Program-made: the position numbers and the translations under genes
Notes under the pieces: generated by a model
The model's database searches: none
What the model was told of the DNA's origin: nothing
Seen by the model: the letters and a program-made list of their open reading frames with translations, nothing else
Source of the DNA: Amoeboradix gromovi X-113
Lineage: Eukaryota > Fungi > Sanchytriomycota
NCBI GenBank assembly: GCA_018985225.1
Contig: JADGIF010000196.1
Span: 1-15,297 of the forward strand
Direction: 5' to 3'
Length of the DNA stretch: 15,297 nt
Shown here: positions 9,304 through 15,297 of the stretch, one piece after another
How the letters are laid out: every line of letters starts with the position of its first letter
Numbering within the stretch: position 1 is the stretch's first letter

Positions 9304-9704
9304 TTCCCCTTCACTTCAATGTCAATGTGCGTCACATTTTACAAAACTAGACAAACTTTTTAAAACAAATGTCTCAAAAAAGTAGATCTAGTTAAGAAGC
9401 TGTCCTTGCATATTTTATCCTTAATGCACAGGTGATGCTTCGTTTTCACCGGTTTCTCTTCTCTGCCCGTCAGGTCTTCACCTTTGCTAAGTTCTCTTCC
9501 TCCCACTTGAAGCTTGTTACACCTTGTAGCTGGTAAAACCGCCGGAATAATATTTGTAATTAAATGCCTAAGCCAAGTTTGCTACTGCTAGTGACTCGTA
9601 TATGTGAATTGGGGTGCTTTTTCCAGCGTTTTGGTGATCTAATACCGTAATATCTCTTTTCTATTTTCCTACCTTTAACCCCTCTAGTCTACTTTCGAGA
9701 GATC

Positions 9705-9869
9705 ATGTCCAAAGTATCATTGATAAATGTCGTGGTTGGCGCAACTGCTGGACTGGTGGGGTTTTATTATTCCATAGATTTGAAAGAGCACCACCCAAAA
9801 CGAGAAAGGCGATACGATGCCGCAAAAGACATAATATCTTGGTTTGTTATAAAATACAAACCGTTTTAA
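9705..9869 (+). CDS. Putative single-pass membrane microprotein, 54 aa (MSKVSLINVVVGATAGLVGFYYSIDLKEHHPKRERRYDAAKDIISWFVIKYKPF)
   Basis: Translated by hand; it is below the size cut-off of the ORF track. It has a CATG start context, an upstream CCCC, a Gly-rich hydrophobic helix and AATAAA at 9897-9902. Confidence 0.55.
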   Translation: MSKVSLINVVVGATAGLVGFYYSIDLKEHHPKRERRYDAAKDIISWFVIKYKPF

Positions 9870-9962
9870 TTTATTGCTTCCAAAAGTATGAATTTAAATA
9901 AATTTTATTATATAAAATGCTTTTCGCCTGTTATGTTACTCTTTCTCTTGCAATCCTATCCC

Positions 9963-10694
9963 ATGAAACTTCAAGGCACTATCAACAATGGAAATTTTAA
10001 AAAAACCATGGATTTTATTGTCAAAAACACCAGTTCTACTGAGGACATCACGCTGCTTTTTACCAATGATTGCACAATATTTTATTCTGAGGCTATTTAT
10101 GGTCAGTTACAAATTACACAATCGTTTGTATTGGAAAGCAGGCATGAATACAAATCAAATCCATGCATAGGTGTACACTTAAAGCAATCCACATTACAAA
10201 AAGTAGCGTCTAAAATGAAATCATTTAGCTCGTTTGAATTTATTCTTGTAAAGGGTCCAAAGTTGAAATTCTATACTCACCAGTTTTCTTTCAGCTGCAT
10301 CGTAGACTTGGTACATCCTGATCAATACAGGAACGAAGTCAACGTTCCTGTGGCCTTGAAGTTCAAGCTTCCTGACCTACGTCAGTACGCGGATGTGCTT
10401 TCAAATTTGGGAGATTCGGTGACTATATCTGTTGGAGACTATCTAAAGATTGAACAAAGAGGAATTGGGTCACAAATATGTATTAAACTACCAATCGAAG
10501 TAGTAGAACTGTTTGGTGTGGTTGGACAAGTTGTTCATGTTACGGTTCATTCAAAAGCATTGGCAAAACTATTTAAATCGCAAGTTGAAAATTCTATTGG
10601 ATGTATTAACGATGAGTTCTTTGGGATATATATACAACTGCCTAGCGATGGTTGGATGATTTTGTGTCTAGATACCCTTGTGGACACATCTTGA
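9963..10694 (+). CDS. HUS1: 9-1-1 checkpoint clamp subunit Hus1-like (PCNA fold), 243 aa
   Basis: From the internal ATG (MKLQGTI; compare Hus1 MKFRAKI) the sequence is collinear with Hus1 throughout: ITLLFTND, IGVHLKQSTLQKV, LVKGPKL, FKLPDLRQYADVLSNLGDSVTIS, VTVHSKALAKLF. The length fits but identity is low. The ORF-track start at 9888 is probably too far upstream. Confidence 0.7.
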   Translation: MKLQGTINNGNFKKTMDFIVKNTSSTEDITLLFTNDCTIFYSEAIYGQLQITQSFVLESRHEYKSNPCIGVHLKQSTLQKVASKMKSFSSFEFILVKGPKLKFYTHQFSFSCIVDLVHPDQYRNEVNVPVALKFKLPDLRQYADVLSNLGDSVTISVGDYLKIEQRGIGSQICIKLPIEVVELFGVVGQVVHVTVHSKALAKLFKSQVENSIGCINDEFFGIYIQLPSDGWMILCLDTLVDTS

Positions 10695-10738
10695 GTAAAT
10701 AAATTTTATGTTTAAAAACGGAGAAAACTAGAGGAAGT

Positions 10739-12280
10739 ATGAACTCTGTACAAACGGTTATCAAAAGGTGCAAACCATATGCTAAACCTCGTCCGATGCC
10801 ATTAAACCACCCTGATTATGTGGACGATGATACTGATCCATTGATTGACGGCTTTAAATACCCGAAAATGCTGGGTCAAAAAAGACAACGAAATAAAAGA
10901 ATGAATTACGATGCATCTATTCCATTTATTTACATGTTTCTTGAAGATTTTTATGTTCGTAATGGCATAGAAATGGATGAGGTCTTGAATGCATACGGAG
11001 AACCTACTGACATTAGTACAGAAATCAAAATATTAGAGATTTCTCCATCTGGACATGGCGGGATAGGTATATTGCATGATCAGGCAGTTTTAGTTCCATT
11101 CACGCAAACTGGGGATCTTGTTAAAGTTAATGTTTTCAGAGATTGTCAGATGTTTTATAAAGGAAAGGTTCTTGAAATCGTAAAACCATCTGAAAATAGA
11201 GTTGATCCACCTTGTAAATATTTTGGAACTTGTGGTGGTTGTCAATTGCAGTACTTGAGCTATGAAGAGCAGTTGCGTCAAAAACATTTTCATATTGCAG
11301 ATGCATATTCAAGACTCGAGACCTCTATTACAGTTAGTAAACCTATTAGATCTCCTAGAGAATATGCGTATAGAACTAAACTAACACCGCATTACGATAA
11401 ACCTCGTAATCTGGAAATGAAAGATGTTCCAATTGGTTTTAATCACCATGACAGCCGCAAAGTCCTAGACATTGAGGAGTGCGTATTAGTCTCTTCCAAG
11501 ATGAATAGCAAATTAAAGGAGTTAAGGTTTGAAATCCAAAATATTGTAGAGCCGCCTAAGCAAGGCTCTACTTTGTTAATTAGGGAAGGAACCAATGATT
11601 TTTGGACCCTGGATAATTACGATGACAAATCTTATGTTGTTGATGATCCTAAGTCACATCTCACCGTTAATGTTAACAACATTGTATTCTCTCTGTCATC
11701 TAATTCTTTCTTTCAAAACAATTCCTTGATTTTACCTGAGTTTGTTAATTTTATTAAGAGTCAAATTAACACAGATTACTTGGTAGATGCATACTGCGGA
11801 GTAGGGTTGTTTGCATTAACCTGTGCTGATTCCGTGAAGCAAGTGGTTGGTGTTGAAGTTGCTCGGGTGTTTGTTGATAACGCTGTTCAAAATGCTATTG
11901 ACAATAATATAATGAATTGCAAATTTGTAGAAGGTCAAGCTGAATTTATTTTCAAGTCTGTTACATTCGATCCTGGCAATACTACAATTATAATGGATCC
12001 ACCTCGTAAGGGATCTAGTAAAGCATTTTTAGATCAATTGATGGACTTCAAACCAAAAACTATTATATATGTGGCCTGTGGATTATATGCTCAAGTCAGA
12101 GACATCAGGTATCTCATGAATGGCATTTGGCACGATTTTGTGAGCACATTTGAAAAAGACTTTAGAATAGAAAGACCCAAATATTCTATTAGCTGCATTC
12201 AACCCGTAGACTTGTTCCCGCAGACTAGCCATATTGAAAGCATAGTCATTTTGAGATTAGAAGAGAGCGAAAGTAAATAA
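10739..12280 (+). CDS. TRM2: tRNA (uracil-54-C5)-methyltransferase Trm2 (TrmA/RlmD family), 513 aa
   Basis: TRAM-like domain, CKYFGTCGGCQLQ, YRTKLTPH, SFFQNN, SAM motif LVDAYCGVGLF, DPPRKG, catalytic Cys in IIYVAC and DLFPQTSHIE. Confidence 0.92.
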   Translation: MNSVQTVIKRCKPYAKPRPMPLNHPDYVDDDTDPLIDGFKYPKMLGQKRQRNKRMNYDASIPFIYMFLEDFYVRNGIEMDEVLNAYGEPTDISTEIKILEISPSGHGGIGILHDQAVLVPFTQTGDLVKVNVFRDCQMFYKGKVLEIVKPSENRVDPPCKYFGTCGGCQLQYLSYEEQLRQKHFHIADAYSRLETSITVSKPIRSPREYAYRTKLTPHYDKPRNLEMKDVPIGFNHHDSRKVLDIEECVLVSSKMNSKLKELRFEIQNIVEPPKQGSTLLIREGTNDFWTLDNYDDKSYVVDDPKSHLTVNVNNIVFSLSSNSFFQNNSLILPEFVNFIKSQINTDYLVDAYCGVGLFALTCADSVKQVVGVEVARVFVDNAVQNAIDNNIMNCKFVEGQAEFIFKSVTFDPGNTTIIMDPPRKGSSKAFLDQLMDFKPKTIIYVACGLYAQVRDIRYLMNGIWHDFVSTFEKDFRIERPKYSISCIQPVDLFPQTSHIESIVILRLEESESK

Positions 12281-12473
12281 ATGCGTTAAAATCAACAGCT
12301 TTGTAGCTCACTTTATCATTTTAAGGAAATGATTCTTTTAATCGCCATTTAATGCGCCCGTGATCAGTGTGATGCATATATGCCATCGTATGATAATTGA
12401 AACTCAATGATTGACTCTGATTTGATAAACGTCAAATTGGAAGAAAGCACCGACGTTGCACTAAAACAAGTTT

Positions 12474-13310
12474 ATGGGATTTAATCAAACGGTTGAAGAC
12501 GAAAAGAGAAAAGAGAATAAATTTGGGAATCGATTGGATTCACCCATGTCTATAAGCGATACGAATACCAGGAAACTAAAAGCAGATATCCCGGATCCAG
12601 AAATGATAAGGATAGAATATAGCTACATAATACTCGCTGTAATATTGTTCATATTTTTATTACTTTTGATGTTCAAGGCTCGGCATAGGATAAAAAGTTG
12701 GATCTGCAAACCAAAAAGGACATTATTTAAAAGAGCTGTAAAGAGAAAGAGTTCTGTACACCAAAATCCATTGTTGATGAATTCTTATTTGGATGCTATA
12801 AGCTGTGATTCATTTCCAGACGATTATTCTAATCTAATGAGACTGCGCACGGAACCATCGAAGCTAGATGTGATAGCTTCGCGAGAGAGCTCTATTGTGA
12901 TTCCTTTCGATACACCACTGCAATCAGACTCTAAGTGTTCAGTGAGCAACTTTTCAAGCTCACCAATATCGTCTGAGATTTCCGAATCTATATTATCAGT
13001 CCACAAAGAGCCACCGTTTGTTGAGCGCGCAATGAAGATGTCAAAAAGATTTAGTAGAAGGCTATTACCATCCTTCTTTTTCAAAGAACCAAGAGAGTCT
13101 TTAAAATATTTCCACGAGGAATCCCAAATATATAGTCTTGAGCATTCAGAGAATCAGACAAACTCAAGTATCTTGTCTGAATCTGTATTAGAGGAGACCA
13201 TACCGGTGATATATCACGAGACAGCTACTAATTCCATAATCTCCAATGATACAAGTAATAAAAATGTGGACGAGACAAGCATTATGATATGTTTTGCACC
13301 ATTAAATTAA
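12474..13310 (+). CDS. Hypothetical single-pass membrane protein with Ser-rich tail, 278 aa
   Basis: Intact ORF; YIILAVILFIFLLLLMF is followed by basic KARHRIK (positive-inside rule). No recognisable domain, and the start is uncertain. Confidence 0.7.
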   Translation: MGFNQTVEDEKRKENKFGNRLDSPMSISDTNTRKLKADIPDPEMIRIEYSYIILAVILFIFLLLLMFKARHRIKSWICKPKRTLFKRAVKRKSSVHQNPLLMNSYLDAISCDSFPDDYSNLMRLRTEPSKLDVIASRESSIVIPFDTPLQSDSKCSVSNFSSSPISSEISESILSVHKEPPFVERAMKMSKRFSRRLLPSFFFKEPRESLKYFHEESQIYSLEHSENQTNSSILSESVLEETIPVIYHETATNSIISNDTSNKNVDETSIMICFAPLN

Positions 13311-13340
13311 ATAATAGTAAATTAATTCAATTTATTAAGA

Positions 13341-13967
13341 TTAAGGCTTCTTAGCTTGCAATCTGTGCGTTTGCTGAATAATAGGACGCTGAAATGGCTT
13401 TTTTTTTGGCGGCGATGCAGTGGCAAGCACGCTTCTACTTCCAGTTGGAGTCGGTAGCTTTATGTCTAGTAAAAACTGAAATATCTTTTTGCAATAGTAT
13501 ATGTCAGAATAGATTTGCTCATATCTTATTTCAAAGAGGCGAGGAATAAGGATATCTAATAGAGAATCTTCACTCAATCGCGTGTTTTCAATAAGTCCTG
13601 TCTTTATGAGGGTATTCAAAAGTACGCATGCTTGCAGCAACTTATATCCCTCTTCATGAGTGATATCAGAAGTTAAAAATTTCAGTTTCTTGTCTGATGT
13701 AACTATATCGAATTCGTAAACCATTGCTATGTTTATAGTGGTGGAAAGTAGGTCTTTGATCACGCAGCAGAGCTCTTCAGTTCTAGGAGATAACTCTTGT
13801 TTAGCTATCAACTCATCTAGCCGACTTTTTCTTAAATTTATCCTAAAGGCCCCTTCACTGATAGGAAGAGTTTGCAAGTTGGTTATCATCTTGGGCAATT
13901 TCAAATAAAACCGCGATTTTGAATCCACTTCTTTTTTAATTTGAGTAGACTTCTCCAGCTCCGACAT
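13341..13967 (-). CDS. Divergent RhoGAP-domain protein, 208 aa
   Basis: EGAFR (arginine-finger motif EGIFR), LCCVIKDLL (compare VASLLK) and ENTRLSEDSLLDILIPRLF (compare NKM...NLAIVFGPTL), in the correct order and spacing. Confidence 0.65.
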   Translation of the reverse strand: MSELEKSTQIKKEVDSKSRFYLKLPKMITNLQTLPISEGAFRINLRKSRLDELIAKQELSPRTEELCCVIKDLLSTTINIAMVYEFDIVTSDKKLKFLTSDITHEEGYKLLQACVLLNTLIKTGLIENTRLSEDSLLDILIPRLFEIRYEQIYSDIYYCKKIFQFLLDIKLPTPTGSRSVLATASPPKKKPFQRPIIQQTHRLQAKKP

Positions 13968-14030
13968 GGTCAGTTATAGAGAAAATCTAAAAAGTGGCTT
14001 TACTATGTAAATATACTTTATTGCTGTCAA

Positions 14031-14978
14031 TTAAAACTTCAATAATTTGAGATCCGATCCGGATGCGCAACCCACTATATTTGATACAGAATTGAATTTC
14101 ACAAATGACAAGAAAGAATGAAAAACTTTGAATCTTTCAATGTTCGAGTTTGAATCGTATACTCGCAATGACCCTTGATCGCTACATAGTATAACACGTC
14201 CCAGGGCGCTATCTAAACAATTTGTGTGGGGATATACTATGTTTACCGGCGAGAATATTCCAGCAAATTCAGTTTCTATTTTCTCTTCTGTTCTATCTGC
14301 GCTGTTTGTCGCGAACCAGAACAATTTGGTTTTTGTCATTACTGTAAACCCCGAATTAAAGTATGTCATGTTCAATGGATTAAAGCAGTCATTTATTTCA
14401 ATCACTCTAGTTTGAGAAATTTCATTCTTTTCAACGTTAAACAGTTCTACTGTGCCAACACCAGCCTTGCAGCTAAATGTAGCCAATAGACTCTTAGATA
14501 GGTGCACAATTATACAAGAACTGTCTATCTTAAAAGTGTAATCAGTTTTTTTTTGTTGTAAATCCCAAATAAAAGTAAAATCTCCATCAGTAGCTGCCAA
14601 GTATTCCGAACTAGCATGCATATGCAAAACTTTCTTTTCCGGACCATTGAAGTAACTGACAAAGTTCCCCTGATCAATTTTTGGCTCCTTAATTTTAAGC
14701 AGACGAATTGCATGAATATCTTTTGGTGGTTTGTTTATTTTATTTAACATTTCTGGTGATGGGTTGGAGGCCATCAATATCATTTTCTTGTGCTCCAAGG
14801 GCATTAAACAACCATATTTGAAGCACGGTATTTTTCCTGCATCTTTGCCGTCGGAATCAATAAAATACAAAATGTTTTTGCTCAGAACAATGAACTGGTC
14901 CCCAAATGAGGTCAAGTCCTCTATTTTTTCAAAATGAGTGTATTCTTTTATCCTTCTGCGGTTTACATTAGCAAACAT
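14031..14978 (-). CDS. SWD2: WD40 protein, Swd2/WDR82-like (COMPASS/CPF subunit), 315 aa
   Basis: GKDAGKIPCFKYG (compare GKPKRTLYSKKYG), HAIRLL...NFVSYFNGPEKKV (compare DTIRYL...NKYIRYFPGHSKRV), FIWDL and C-terminal VKFNS. The length fits WDR82. Confidence 0.72.
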   Translation of the reverse strand: MFANVNRRRIKEYTHFEKIEDLTSFGDQFIVLSKNILYFIDSDGKDAGKIPCFKYGCLMPLEHKKMILMASNPSPEMLNKINKPPKDIHAIRLLKIKEPKIDQGNFVSYFNGPEKKVLHMHASSEYLAATDGDFTFIWDLQQKKTDYTFKIDSSCIIVHLSKSLLATFSCKAGVGTVELFNVEKNEISQTRVIEINDCFNPLNMTYFNSGFTVMTKTKLFWFATNSADRTEEKIETEFAGIFSPVNIVYPHTNCLDSALGRVILCSDQGSLRVYDSNSNIERFKVFHSFLSFVKFNSVSNIVGCASGSDLKLLKF

Positions 14979-14986
14979 GTGAGAAA

Positions 14987-15295
14987 TACTCTCCTAATTA
15001 AAAGTCCAGGTATAAGAGAAAATTGAGAATTTCCGGAGAAAAACTGACAAAGGCAGTCCCTCCGTTATAGCGGCTGCTTATACTTCCACTACTATAAGAA
15101 GGGATTGAACAAGGATGCATTTATTTCAGTTTTATGTTCCTTAATTCTCCTCGTTAAAAGTCCTGATTTCCGAGAAAATCAAGAATTTTCACAGAGAAAC
15201 TAATGCTAGTTTCTCCGTTACAGTGATTGCTCACGCTTTCACTACTCTGAGGTGGGATTGAATAAGGATGCATATACTTGATGTATATGTTCCTT
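14987..15295. repeat. Two diverged tandem units (14987-15142, 156 bp; 15143-15295, 153 bp), candidate structured RNA
   Basis: Hand alignment gives about 39 mismatches in 153 columns plus 3 nt of indel (about 75% identity). Shared blocks are ttaaaagtcc, gagaaaat, ctccgtta, cactact, gggattgaa, aaggatgcat and tatgttcctt. The repeat runs to the window edge. Confidence 0.88.
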
Positions 15296-15297
15296 GC

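Noticed and set aside
9400-9495. Fragments resembling the U4 5' end (ATCCTTAATGCAC, TTGCTAA) on + and U6 (CAGAGAAGA...AGCAT...AAGGAT) on -
   Set aside because: No intact ACAGAGA box, wrong spacing, and no k-turn or Sm site.
9761-9777. GT...AG 17-mer (GTTTTATTATTCCATAG) inside the 54-aa ORF
   Set aside because: No branch A at -6, and the unspliced frame gives a more plausible membrane protein.
9888-9962. N-terminal extension of the HUS1 ORF
   Set aside because: Hus1 similarity begins at the ATG at 9963, and the extension overlaps the likely poly(A) signal of the upstream microprotein.
12455-12470. Possible 16-nt intron GTTGCACTAAAACAAG that would add exon 12407-12454 (MIDSDLINVKLEESTD) in frame to ORF 12474
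   Set aside because: The frame works, but the donor (GTTG), acceptor (AAG) and branch spacing do not fit the two supported introns, and there is no homology anchor. Left unresolved pending RNA-seq.
4323-14937. Remaining short antisense or nested ORFs in the track (e.g. 4490..4861, 5667..5990, 8640..8906, 12824..13084, 14226..14489)
   Set aside because: They lie within or across better-supported genes and show no recognisable motifs.
15095-15200. WD40-like peptide (SGLLTRRIKEHKTEINASLFNP) in a third minus-strand frame of the terminal repeat
   Set aside because: That frame contains several stops, some shared by both copies, and no consensus intron removes them.

Overview
AT-rich, extremely gene-dense eukaryotic nuclear DNA in the standard genetic code. 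It is most likely from an early-diverging fungus: the branching-enzyme and TRM2 motifs are fungal-type, and the mitochondrial ribosomal protein and methylmalonyl-CoA epimerase genes argue against a canonical microsporidian. About 14 genes are present: bL35m, a secreted Cys-domain/PQE-repeat protein, BET2, a GBD/FH3-like orphan, SPN1/IWS1, MCEE, a PC4/Sub1-domain protein, glycogen branching enzyme, an unannotated 54-aa membrane microprotein, HUS1, TRM2, a single-pass membrane orphan, a RhoGAP-like protein and SWD2/WDR82. Two signals stand out. (1) Two ultra-short GT-AG spliceosomal introns of 19 and 20 nt (4288-4306 and 7712-7731) share the architecture GTAYTT...YTAAY-W-TAG and each repairs a split ORF. 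(2) A roughly 75%-identical tandem duplication of about 155 bp at the right end (14987-15295) has stem substitutions that preserve minus-strand hairpins, suggesting an unrecognised structured RNA. All homology calls come from motif recognition by eye; no searches were run.
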